31,057 nucleotides of DNA from Myxococcota bacterium (GCA_036338695.1 JAYZBQ010000017.1:1-31057), one strand, 5' to 3'. Positions 1 through 8,482 are shown, counted from the stretch's first letter. The notes: a model not told the origin generated them from the sequence alone. Numbers and translations are program-made.

Positions 1-2246
1 TAAATGTTACCACCCCAGCAAAACAAATGATTAGTGCGCCTTCGAGCGCAGGCGTGCTGTCCGCCGACAAAAAGGCTTTCTGCATCGGCTAAATTAGCAA
101 TCGGCGTGGCACTCTCCGATTGGTTCTGACGATAACCATTACCGATATACGGAAACGTTCTACCCCAACAGCTAACCGCTCCCGTGCGCCGCCTTGCACA
201 CGCCCATTCGCGCCCAGCATTGACTTGTTCTACATCGGTCGCCAACTCTAAGACCGGCGTTAGACGGGAGTCCCAACCATTAAATGCTCGGCGCCCCAGT
301 TGCCCATCTCGATTATAACCAGCACAACGGACTCGCCCTCTATTGAGAATGCACATAAAATTACTACCAAGCGTCACTTGCTGACCGGTTGCAATCGAAC
401 AGTCCTGCTGACAGAAGCGGCTCTCGCCTCCGAACAAATTGCCATTTAGGAAGCCGCGACAAAAAACCTGATTGTCTGTGGTTACATGGCAGGTAAGAGA
501 CCCGGTGATAGCTGCTTGCCGGACATTATTGTGTTGGCTGACACGTACCGGGACATTCGAGAAGTTTGAGTCTTCAGCACGCCCCGCCCAACCCCAGCAC
601 CAAAGTGAATTATCGGCGCGAATGGCGCAGGTTGAATGCTGTCCAGCAACGATTGAAGTTGCATCGTCAATCGTACGCACCTGAGTAAAATGCGATGTTC
701 CTCTTCGATTACTGTTTGTGCCTACTGGATCCAATCCATTACCCAGCGCACCATAAAAATCCTGCCCTCGACACAATACGCGCCCATCCGTTAGCCGCAG
801 GCAAACGTGCGAATTGTAACCCAATGCCACCTCAACTGGCTCTACGCGACAGCCTGAGCAGTCGTCACCGACGTCTTCATTACCATCATCACAATCTTCA
901 AAATTAGGATTGGATCGCTCGAGTCCTCGGCGAATGATTTGATCGCCGCACCGCGCTACCCGACACGCATTAATGCAAGCATCCACATCCACCTCGTTGC
1001 CGTCGTCACAACCCTCAAAAGCTTCATCGTCCTCGGTCAATTCGACCGGGTCGCCGTTTTCATCCTGTCGATAGCGCCGGTGAATGCCATCGCCGCAGCG
1101 GGCGGGAACACATCCATTGGTACAAGCATCACCATTTTCGGTGTTTCCATCATCGCATTCTTCTTCGTCTTGCACAAAGCCGTCCATGCAGGCGTGCTCT
1201 TTACACTCCACCGTGCAGCCGTCGGCGCTGTCGTCGTTGCCGTCATCGCAGACCTCAAACAGCGGATCATCCTGCGCCACATCGGCGCGCAACACGCCGT
1301 CGTTGCAGACGGCCACCGTGCAGCGGTTGAGGCAGGCGTCGGCGTCTTCGTCGTTGCCGTCGTCGCAAGCTTCAAAATCGGGGTCGTCGTCAGCGAGATC
1401 GGTGCGCAAAATGCCGTCGCCGCAACGCGCAGCTAAGCAATCGGAGGTGCAGGCATCGTAATCGATCCGGTTGCCGTCATCGCATTCCTCGGCGCCCTCG
1501 CTGCCGAGCGGTAGATCGCCGCGGCGTACGCCGTCACCGCAGCGCGCAGCCGCCTGGCAGTCGGCGCGACAGGCGTTGTCATCTCGGGTATCGCCGTCAT
1601 CACAAAACTCGTCGCTTTGTCGGATGCCGTCGCCGCAGCCTTGGATGCGGCAGGTTGAGGCACAGCCATCCTCTTCGTCGTTGTTGGCGTCATCGCAGGC
1701 TTCATAGCCCTCTTGGGTTTCGTTCAAGTCGGTGCGCGTCACACCATCGCCGCAGCGCGCCTCGGAACAATCGTTGCGGCAGGCGTCGGTATCGTCGGTG
1801 TTGCCGTCATCGCAGACTTCGTCGCGGTACAAGAGCCCATCGCCGCAACCAGGGGGCTGGCAAAGGATGGTGCACCGATCGTCATTATCGGAATTACCGT
1901 CATCACAGGTCTCACCCGGGTCCACCACGCCATTGCCGCAGGCTTCATTTTGACACGTCGATGAACAGCCATCACCGCCTTCGGTGTTGCCATCATCGCA
2001 GGACTCAAAGCCGGGCTGTCCAGGCACAATGTCGCGCCGCACCACGCCGTCACCGCAAAAGGCGAGCGTACAATCTCGGCGGCAGCCGTCCTCGTCAATA
2101 GCGTTGGCATCATCGCAGAGTTCGCCCGGATCCACAGCGCCATTACCGCAGGCGGCGTTGGTGCGATCGTTCGGATTATCTCGGTTCAAATCACCGGCGC
2201 CACAGGCGCCGCAAAGCAGTACAATCCCGCATAAAAAACCACGCAT
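1..2246 (-). CDS. Large lipoprotein: 12 myxococcal Cys-rich (DUF4215-like) repeats followed by RCC1/BLIP-II-like beta-propeller repeats; 3' end outside window
   Basis: Not in ORF track (no stop in window); translated by hand. ATG at 2246 after GGAGG. Starts MRGFLCGIVLLCGAC (lipobox-like), then repeated CG(D/N)G..E.CDDGN....D.C...C units, then RCC1-like HSTCAIRADNSLWCWG, CAGYNRDGQLG, WACARRRTGAVSCWG, GGQHACARRRTNHLFCWG. Frame open to base 1. Confidence 0.9.
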   Translation of the reverse strand, partial: MRGFLCGIVLLCGACGAGDLNRDNPNDRTNAACGNGAVDPGELCDDANAIDEDGCRRDCTLAFCGDGVVRRDIVPGQPGFESCDDGNTEGGDGCSSTCQNEACGNGVVDPGETCDDGNSDNDDRCTILCQPPGCGDGLLYRDEVCDDGNTDDTDACRNDCSEARCGDGVTRTDLNETQEGYEACDDANNDEEDGCASTCRIQGCGDGIRQSDEFCDDGDTRDDNACRADCQAAARCGDGVRRGDLPLGSEGAEECDDGNRIDYDACTSDCLAARCGDGILRTDLADDDPDFEACDDGNDEDADACLNRCTVAVCNDGVLRADVAQDDPLFEVCDDGNDDSADGCTVECKEHACMDGFVQDEEECDDGNTENGDACTNGCVPARCGDGIHRRYRQDENGDPVELTEDDEAFEGCDDGNEVDVDACINACRVARCGDQIIRRGLERSNPNFEDCDDGNEDVGDDCSGCRVEPVEVALGYNSHVCLRLTDGRVLCRGQDFYGALGNGLDPVGTNSNRRGTSHFTQVRTIDDATSIVAGQHSTCAIRADNSLWCWGWAGRAEDSNFSNVPVRVSQHNNVRQAAITGSLTCHVTTDNQVFCRGFLNGNLFGGESRFCQQDCSIATGQQVTLGSNFMCILNRGRVRCAGYNRDGQLGRRAFNGWDSRLTPVLELATDVEQVNAGREWACARRRTGAVSCWGRTFPYIGNGYRQNQSESATPIANLADAESLFVGGQHACARRRTNHLFCWGGNI
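849..2150 (-). repeat. 12 tandem coding Cys/Asp-rich repeats, mostly 93 or 117 nt per unit
   Basis: The + strand motif (g/a)ccgtcatcgca and variants (encoding CDDG/CDDA) recur near 882, 998, 1146, 1239, 1356, 1473, 1593, 1686, 1803, 1896, 1989 and 2107. Confidence 0.9.
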
Positions 2247-2247
2247 T

Positions 2248-3048
2248 TCAGCCTCCAAAAGCGATCGACCAGACCAGCACGCCTAAGCCCAAAACCGCTG
2301 CGCCAGCGCCAATCCCTTGCCGCGCCACTAAGCTCGAATTATCCGCGTCGACCTCATCGCCAAGGCGGGTCACATCGTCCGGGTTGGTCGCAGCCTGATA
2401 ACGATCATATTTGGCGCGCACATCGGCAGCGGTGGGCGGTAAAAAGGGCAGCGCTGCGCCCACGGCGATGGTCGCCACACCCACATACAAGCTTGCTCGA
2501 GCGTACACCGGCTTGCGGCCGACTTGCACCGCCTCTTCCACTACGGGCGGCACCTTCGGCAGGCCGTGCGCCTCGCCAAAGACCTGTTTGACTGCGCCCT
2601 GCGCCACGGCGGCGAGCTCGGCGACCAGACTCGACTCGTTGGCATAGTTACGCGCTAGGCGCGCCAGCACCTTGCCCTCTTCCACATCGAGCACCTTCAA
2701 GATCAGCATGTATTTACCGCCGGCCATCCCCACGCTCGGCACCATCAAATACGGCACACCCAAGGCACCACCGATCTGAGTCAGGCAGTTGCTCTCTTCG
2801 CAGCCAAGCGCCTGCATCTGCTTTTCAAGATCAAAAATGGCGCGCAGGTCGCTGCCCGCAATGACACTTTGAAAGCGCTTGGACGCTTGCACCTCGGAGG
2901 TGAGGCGCTCGTTGAGCAGATCCGCAAGCGTTTGCGGCACACCGTGAATGGCGTTGAGGTCCATCACCGCAATGCCCTCGGCTTGATCAGCCGGAACAGC
3001 GGCGGCGGGAGACGCCCAGATCAGGCTCAGAGTCAGCATCATCATCAT
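2248..3048 (-). CDS. Secreted CsgG/TolB_N-like domain protein with hydrophobic C-terminal segments
   Basis: Likely start at the ATG run 3037-3048 (MMMMLTLSLIWASPAAA, signal peptide). Contains IAVMDL..GV....ADLL...L, GCEESNCLTQIGGALGVPYL and LKVLDVEEGKVLAR, a pattern typical of myxobacterial CsgG/TolB_N-like domains. Stop lies 1 nt before the next gene. Confidence 0.7.
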   Translation of the reverse strand: MMMMLTLSLIWASPAAAVPADQAEGIAVMDLNAIHGVPQTLADLLNERLTSEVQASKRFQSVIAGSDLRAIFDLEKQMQALGCEESNCLTQIGGALGVPYLMVPSVGMAGGKYMLILKVLDVEEGKVLARLARNYANESSLVAELAAVAQGAVKQVFGEAHGLPKVPPVVEEAVQVGRKPVYARASLYVGVATIAVGAALPFLPPTAADVRAKYDRYQAATNPDDVTRLGDEVDADNSSLVARQGIGAGAAVLGLGVLVWSIAFGG

Positions 3049-3095
3049 GGCTGCGGGGTAGCAAGCTCTCTGACTTTTGCGAAGACGTCGCCGCG

Positions 3096-4604
3096 CTAGC
3101 GAAAGATGAGAAACTGATAGTACTCGATGGACTTGAGCGGCAGCTGAACCACGGCGTCCTCGCTCGGGCTCGTCAGCCACAGCCAGGTCTGCGTGGTCTC
3201 GCTGTAGTTGGTCTTAGCGGTCCCTGCGGTCACACCCGAGAACCAGCCATCGTTGAAGATCAGGCTCCCTAGCCCGGTCTGCCCACGCAGTGAGACCACG
3301 GCGCCTGAGGCGGGCGACGCCTGAGTCGCCGTGAGGGTGTGTCCGTCGATTACGAGATCCTCGCCGGCGGCTGCAGCTCCGAGGCTTTGCTGCGCTTCAA
3401 AAACCTGCCCTGGCGCAAGGCTTGTGCCTGGGTAGACATGCCAAGCCGAGCTGGTAAACACCGCCTCAACGCCCTCACCATCGGGACAGTCCCCGTCGCC
3501 CACCACGACCACCCCTTGCTCATTGAGCCGGCCGCTGCAGGTGGCTGCCTCTTTGGTGAGGGTCACATAAGGTAGTGACTCATCGGGTACGCGCTCCCCG
3601 TCAGCGGGGGTCAGCGTGCGTTGCTCAGGAGCCCCATCGACGGCTGCCACGGTCAGCGTCAACGAACCGAGGGCGGCGGCTGCCACCACCAGAAGGTCGC
3701 GCCCAACGAGGTCAGCCTCGCCGCGCCGGACCTCGAGCCCGTCCGCACTCCCATCGAGCGCCAGCGGCCGCGTGAAGCTCCGCGCGCCGAAGGGACCAAC
3801 AGCGCCGCCGTCCGGGCGCAGGTAGAGCACGCCTGTGTCCAAGCCGACGACCGCCAGCAGTGCGCCCTCATCGTCCTCACTCTCGACCAGATCCATGACG
3901 TCAAACGGGGTCGCGAAGCGTAGCAGCTCTCGCCCTTGGGCGTCGAGCTTGACCAGGCGGCGCCTCTCAGCGCTCACCAACCACCAGCCACCATCGGCGG
4001 CAGCGTGCGCCGAGATGGGGGAAACCGGCGCGGCGCCTAAGACCTCAAGACCGGCCTCGGTGGCTCGTGCCAGCACCTCCCCTTGGTCCGATTGCGCCAG
4101 GACCAGCGCACCGCCGAGCCGGCGGCAGCTGTCGAGACCGTCAGCGGCTTGGGGCTGAGCCCCGCTGACCGCCACCAGCGAGCAGTCGCTGCCGAGCCGC
4201 GCCATGCGCGTACCGAGCGAGACGAGACCGACAGGGTGTGCGCCAGCGGCAAGGTCCGGCAGCGCAAGCCCCACCGGAGGAGCGAGCTCCACAGGCACCT
4301 GGTAGACTTGCCCGCTCAAGCTCATCGCCAGCAGCGCCTCGCCGCTCCAGGTCAGATCGATCACCGCGTCGTCGAGCCGAACGGCGCGAGGGAAGTACGG
4401 ATTCGTTCCCCACTGATAGGTCCCGCCGGTCAGGTCCAGGAGCCGGACCGCATCGTGCCCCTGGTCGATGAAGGCGAGCAGCTCCTGCCCACCGACGTTC
4501 AAGAAGGTCGGATGGGTCGGCGCCAAGAGGTTACGCGTCCCCGACGGCGGCGCATCCTCACAGGCCACCGCCAGCGTCAACCCGAGGAGCAGCGCGTACC
4601 TCAT
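3096..4604 (-). CDS. Lipoprotein, probable beta-propeller, function unknown
   Basis: MRYALLLGLTLAVAC lipobox; beta-strand-rich blade-like segments; ATGA overlap with the upstream lipoprotein. Confidence 0.7.
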   Translation of the reverse strand: MRYALLLGLTLAVACEDAPPSGTRNLLAPTHPTFLNVGGQELLAFIDQGHDAVRLLDLTGGTYQWGTNPYFPRAVRLDDAVIDLTWSGEALLAMSLSGQVYQVPVELAPPVGLALPDLAAGAHPVGLVSLGTRMARLGSDCSLVAVSGAQPQAADGLDSCRRLGGALVLAQSDQGEVLARATEAGLEVLGAAPVSPISAHAAADGGWWLVSAERRRLVKLDAQGRELLRFATPFDVMDLVESEDDEGALLAVVGLDTGVLYLRPDGGAVGPFGARSFTRPLALDGSADGLEVRRGEADLVGRDLLVVAAAALGSLTLTVAAVDGAPEQRTLTPADGERVPDESLPYVTLTKEAATCSGRLNEQGVVVVGDGDCPDGEGVEAVFTSSAWHVYPGTSLAPGQVFEAQQSLGAAAAGEDLVIDGHTLTATQASPASGAVVSLRGQTGLGSLIFNDGWFSGVTAGTAKTNYSETTQTWLWLTSPSEDAVVQLPLKSIEYYQFLIFR

Positions 4605-5644
4605 TGCGCCCCCCCTACGATCTGCGCTGTGCCCGTGTTCAGGTCGACGATGGATAAGCTGTGACCGCGAAAGTTGGTCACCACGATGCGCCCGTCGCCC
4701 AGACTCGCTGCGCCCTCGGACTCATCAAACCCGAGGTCACGTACCAATCCGATCAGGCGACCATCGGCGACGGAGCGGCGCTCCATCACTTGGTCGTCTC
4801 CACCGAAGACGAGCAGCTCGTCCCCTGCGCGCATCACGCGCCGCCGATGGTTCCGCAGAGGCTGTTGCCAGAGGCTCTGCAGCGCCTCGCCCGTGTCTTC
4901 AAACGCGATCAGCAGGTCACCGTAGCGCCCCAGCGCAAACCCACGATCCGGCTGGTCACCGGCGACACCCCAGAGGGCGCCGTCAAATCCAAACAGGACG
5001 CGATCCTCGGCGCCCTCATCCGTCAGGCTCAAGGCGACGGAGCGGGAGCGGGCGATCAGCCAGCGACCTCCCACGACCGGGCGGGTCGACGCCGACTCAC
5101 CGACGCGCTCAAGCGCCCCGCCGATTACGTAACGTGAGGCTTGCTCATCCACTCGGCTCGAGAACAGCAGCTGGTCTCCGTCGGCGACGGCGCGCCCCGG
5201 ATCCCGCAGCCCGGTGATCAGGCCTTCATCGTCGGTGCCGCCGAGCGCGATGGGCAGGCAGGTCGGGGCTGCGCAGTCGACGCGCCCATCTGCCGCAGCC
5301 TCAAGCCGCAGCATCGTGCGGGTGACGCGGTCGATCAACACCAAGGCGCCCGGCGCCTCGCCCTGCGCAGGGACACAAGCGCCCAGATTGAGGACGCCAC
5401 CAAACCCACTCGGAAGCGCCAGCATGGCGGGTGCTGCGCTCGCAAGCTCTGCGACCGGATAACTAAACAGCGCGCCCGAGCGATAGCGGCGATCATGGTT
5501 GCTCGAGACCACATGCACCGTCGCCCCCAGCACGCAGACCCCCTCGGGATGATGCAAGAGGTCGGCTGGGTGTGTCTGCTCGATCGCCTCATCCGCGCAC
5601 CCGAGGCACGCGAGCAGGGCCGCCGCTGCGAAAAACCTGTTCAT
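4601..5644 (-). CDS. Lipoprotein, probable YncE/NHL-like beta-propeller
   Basis: Start re-assigned to MNRFFAAAALLACLGC (lipobox). Contains HPEGVCV..VHVVSSNHDRRYRSG and GRIVVTNFRGHSLSIVDL, which are propeller-blade motifs. Confidence 0.72.
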   Translation of the reverse strand: MNRFFAAAALLACLGCADEAIEQTHPADLLHHPEGVCVLGATVHVVSSNHDRRYRSGALFSYPVAELASAAPAMLALPSGFGGVLNLGACVPAQGEAPGALVLIDRVTRTMLRLEAAADGRVDCAAPTCLPIALGGTDDEGLITGLRDPGRAVADGDQLLFSSRVDEQASRYVIGGALERVGESASTRPVVGGRWLIARSRSVALSLTDEGAEDRVLFGFDGALWGVAGDQPDRGFALGRYGDLLIAFEDTGEALQSLWQQPLRNHRRRVMRAGDELLVFGGDDQVMERRSVADGRLIGLVRDLGFDESEGAASLGDGRIVVTNFRGHSLSIVDLNTGTAQIVGGAQ

Positions 5645-5684
5645 GAACGCTCCGGCGGGTTCATTCCTGTGCATGGGCGGCGCG

Positions 5685-6665
5685 TCAAGCGTGCAATGCG
5701 TCGGGGACGCAAACGGGCTCGACTGGCCAGCCCAAGCCGCCGACGCGCTCGAGCAACGCTTCAGGCGACGCCACCGGCCCCCGCCACCGCCCCGTGATCG
5801 TCTGCTCAATCCAACCGAGCAGCTCGCTCGCGCCCACCCCTTGCGCTCGCAGGGAGGCTGCAGCCAGACCTTGATTGCGCTTCGAGAGGCGCTCACCCCC
5901 CTTCGACTGCACGAGGCTCAGGTGGCGATACGCTGGCTCCGCCCAGCCCAGCGCACGCAGTAACGAGACCTGCCGTAAGGTCGACTCGATGAGGTCGGCG
6001 CCCCGCACCACGCGCTGGACCGAGAGGTCGTGATCGTCGACCACGGTCGCCAGCTGATAGCTCGGTAACCCGTCGCGTCGCCACACCACGAAATCATCGA
6101 GGCCGTGCTCCTGTGTGCTCTGCAGCCCATAGGCTTCGTCTCGGTAGCTGACCACCTCGTCAAGGGAGGCGAACCGCCAGGACCAAGCGCCGGCGTCGCC
6201 TTGGGCGTACAGACGCCACTGCTCGTCACGCTCCGCTGGGCTCAGCCTGACGCGATCGGTCTCACCGGCGTGCGGTGCGCGCAGCGCCTGTGCGAAGGCG
6301 CGCCCGCTTAGCGAGCAAGGGTACACGGCGCCTGCCTCGATGAGCTGGGTAAGCGCCTCTCGATAGCGCCCGGTCCGGTCCACCTGCCGGCAGGCTTCAT
6401 GCGCGGGCGCAGCCGACTCACCGGGCTGCCGTGGTCCCGTCGGCATGGGCGCAAAATCGAGACCGATCCAGGCGAGCTCTTCACGAATCTGCTCCTCGGA
6501 GCCCGCCTTGAGCCGAGGCTGGTCAAGGTCATCAATTCGGAGCGCGCAAGCCCCACCGTGTGCGCGGGCGTCGACCCAGGCCAAAACGGCGCTGCGGAGG
6601 TTGCCGAGGTGGTGCAAACCGGAGGGACTCGGCGCGTAGCGCCCCACCACAGGTCTGGAAGTCAT
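5685..6665 (-). CDS. gluQ: tRNA glutamyl-Q(34) synthetase GluQRS (GluRS catalytic-domain paralog)
   Basis: GRYAPSPSGLHHLGN (HIGH-like), LRIDDLD, DDFVVWRRDG, YQLATVVDD, VVRGADL, RLSKR (KMSKS-like). About 326 aa with no anticodon domain. ATG at 6665 after AAGGAGG. Confidence 0.88.
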   Translation of the reverse strand: MTSRPVVGRYAPSPSGLHHLGNLRSAVLAWVDARAHGGACALRIDDLDQPRLKAGSEEQIREELAWIGLDFAPMPTGPRQPGESAAPAHEACRQVDRTGRYREALTQLIEAGAVYPCSLSGRAFAQALRAPHAGETDRVRLSPAERDEQWRLYAQGDAGAWSWRFASLDEVVSYRDEAYGLQSTQEHGLDDFVVWRRDGLPSYQLATVVDDHDLSVQRVVRGADLIESTLRQVSLLRALGWAEPAYRHLSLVQSKGGERLSKRNQGLAAASLRAQGVGASELLGWIEQTITGRWRGPVASPEALLERVGGLGWPVEPVCVPDALHA

Positions 6666-6731
6666 CGTGACCCTCCTTGCACGCACCGGCATCGCAGCCT
6701 ATCGGTCGGACGACAAGGAGTCGCGCACACT

Positions 6732-7118
6732 ATGAAGATCATCGCCACAGACCGAGCGCCCGCCGCGATCGGCGCCTACAGCCAAGCCACGGTTCACCAA
6801 GGCGTCGTCTACGCCTCGGGGCAGATCGCCCTGTCGCCCGACGGCACGTGGGCGGGCGGCGACGTGAGCGCACAGACCGAGCAGGTACTGACCAACCTCG
6901 CCGCCGTGCTCGAAGCCGCCGGCAGCTCGCTCAACGACGTGCTCAAGGCCACCATCTTTCTCGAGGACATGGCCGACTTCTCGGCGGTTAACGCCGTCTA
7001 CGCCCAAGCGTTCAGCGAGCACCGCCCCGCACGCGAGTGCGTCGCCGCTCGTGCGCTCCCGCGCGGCGCTGCGGTCGAGATCTCGTGCATCGCCCGAGTC
7101 TCCGAACCATGCTGCTAA
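6732..7118 (+). CDS. ridA: RidA/YjgF/UK114 enamine-imine deaminase
   Basis: MKIIATDRAPAAIGAYSQA, SGQIAL, NAVYAQAF, PARECV (catalytic Arg), LPRGAAVEI. ATG at 6732 after AAGGAG. Confidence 0.92.
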   Translation: MKIIATDRAPAAIGAYSQATVHQGVVYASGQIALSPDGTWAGGDVSAQTEQVLTNLAAVLEAAGSSLNDVLKATIFLEDMADFSAVNAVYAQAFSEHRPARECVAARALPRGAAVEISCIARVSEPCC

Positions 7119-7306
7119 AAGTGAACGGCCAAGTCCTCGAGGCGGCGGACGGCTGCACCGTAACCCAGCTCCTCGATCAGCTCCAGGTGACCGGAACGGT
7201 AGCGGTCGAGCGTAACGGCGCGCTCGTGCGGCGAGACGATCAGGGGACCACGGTGCTGGGTCCCGACGATGCGGTCGAGATCGTGCACTTCGTCGGAGGT
7301 GGTTGA
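7109..7306 (+). CDS. thiS: Sulfur carrier protein ThiS
   Basis: MLLKVNG...VAVERNG...VEIVHFVGGG with C-terminal GG; 65 aa; TGATG coupling to thiG. Confidence 0.93.
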   Translation: MLLKVNGQVLEAADGCTVTQLLDQLQVTGTVAVERNGALVRRDDQGTTVLGPDDAVEIVHFVGGG

Positions 7307-8076
7307 TGGAGCCGCTGATCCTCGGAGCACACACGTTCACCAGCCGCTTGCTCACCGGAACGGGTCGTTTCTCGAGTCTGGCGCGCACGACAGAGGCGCT
7401 GTCCGCGTCCGGGTCTGAGCTGTGCACCTTGGCGGTCCGCCGAATCGATCTCAACGAGACCGCCTCGAGCGCGCTGCTCGAGGCGCTCCCCGCCGGGATG
7501 AAGGTGCTCCCGAACACCGCCGGATGCATGACCGCGCAGGAGGCGCTGCGGGTGGCGCGTCTGGCGCGTGAAGCGCTCGAGACCGACCTCGTCAAACTCG
7601 AGATCCTGGCAGATCCGCTCACCCTTTATCCCAACAACGCCGAGACGGTCCGCTGCGCGCAGCTGCTGATCGACGACGGCTTCACCGTACTGCCTTACTG
7701 CGGTGACGACCCCGTGGTCTGCCGTGAGCTCGCCGCGATCGGCTGCGCTGCCGTGATGCCGCTCGCCGCGCCGATTGGATCAGGGCTCGGCGTGGTCAAC
7801 CCGCATGTCCTGAGGCTGATCATCGACCAAGTCCACGTACCGGTGATCGTCGACGCAGGCTTGGGCAGCCCGATGGATGCCTGCCAAGCCATGGAGCTCG
7901 GCGCTGCGGCGGTGTTGGTGAACACGGCGATCGCCGCCGCCGACGACCCGGTGGCGATGGCGCGTGCCTTCGGCCTCGCCGTCGAAGCTGGCTACCTCGC
8001 GGCGCAAGCAGGCCGCATCCCCAAGCGCGCCTACGCGACCGCTTCGAGCCCTATCGAGGGTGTGGTCGGAGCCTAG
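7306..8076 (+). CDS. thiG: Thiazole synthase ThiG
   Basis: SRLLTGTG, LPNTAGC, VKLEI (Schiff-base Lys), MPLAAPIGSGLG, VDAGLG, ATASSP. Confidence 0.96.
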   Translation: MEPLILGAHTFTSRLLTGTGRFSSLARTTEALSASGSELCTLAVRRIDLNETASSALLEALPAGMKVLPNTAGCMTAQEALRVARLAREALETDLVKLEILADPLTLYPNNAETVRCAQLLIDDGFTVLPYCGDDPVVCRELAAIGCAAVMPLAAPIGSGLGVVNPHVLRLIIDQVHVPVIVDAGLGSPMDACQAMELGAAAVLVNTAIAAADDPVAMARAFGLAVEAGYLAAQAGRIPKRAYATASSPIEGVVGA

Positions 8077-8482
8077 CGTCGAGCTCAGAGAGCCGGACGG
8101 CGATGCGATCCGCCACGTCCAAAAACCGTCCGAGTTGAGCCGCTTCGTCCTCACCCGGCTGCGCCGCCGCCGGGTCGGGCCTCGGCCAATGTAAGCGCGT
8201 GGCTTGATGCAGATAGGCCGGGCAATACTCCTCGGCGCAGAGGGTTACGACGACATCCACCGTCGACGGATCGATCGTGTCAACGCCCTTCGACGACAGC
8301 TGCTCCGTATCCAGCCGCTGGGCGGCGCACGCCTTGAGCGCGAGCGGGTGCACCCGGCTGGGCTCGGAGCCTGCGCTCTGGACACGCACGGCGTCGCCGT
8401 AGCGAGCGCGCGCCAGCGCCTCGGCCATCTGGCTACGGGCGGAGTTGGCGACGCACAAGAAGAGCAAGCCAGGCTGGCTCAC
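8051..8482 (-). CDS. arsC: Thioredoxin-type arsenate reductase ArsC / LMW-PTP family
   Basis: P-loop CVANSARSQMAE, SAGSEP, resolving-Cys region TLCAEEYCP, HW..PDP. GTG start overlaps the upstream stop (GTGA). Confidence 0.8.
   Translation of the reverse strand: MSQPGLLFLCVANSARSQMAEALARARYGDAVRVQSAGSEPSRVHPLALKACAAQRLDTEQLSSKGVDTIDPSTVDVVVTLCAEEYCPAYLHQATRLHWPRPDPAAAQPGEDEAAQLGRFLDVADRIAVRLSELDARLRPHPR

Noticed and set aside
849..2150. CRISPR-like or DGR-like periodic repeats
   Set aside because: The repeats are degenerate, in frame and protein-coding. There are no identical direct repeats with spacers, no cas gene, no reverse transcriptase and no adenine-specific TR/VR pair in the window.
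939..2286. Several overlapping ORF-track calls over the repeat region
   Set aside because: They are shadow frames of the real minus-strand lipoprotein gene 1-2246.
3037..3048. (ATG)4 run as a phase-variation tract
   Set aside because: It is short and a triplet, so slippage would not shift the frame.
5645..5896. ORF-track N-terminal extensions (5896, also 3180, 6399, 7037, 24973, 29187)
   Set aside because: They overlap neighbouring genes. Downstream starts give proper RBS, signal peptide or family N-termini.
6666..6731. TPP riboswitch ahead of ridA-thiS-thiG
   Set aside because: The gap is only 66 bp, is shared with divergent gluQ, and has no CTGAGA core motif.
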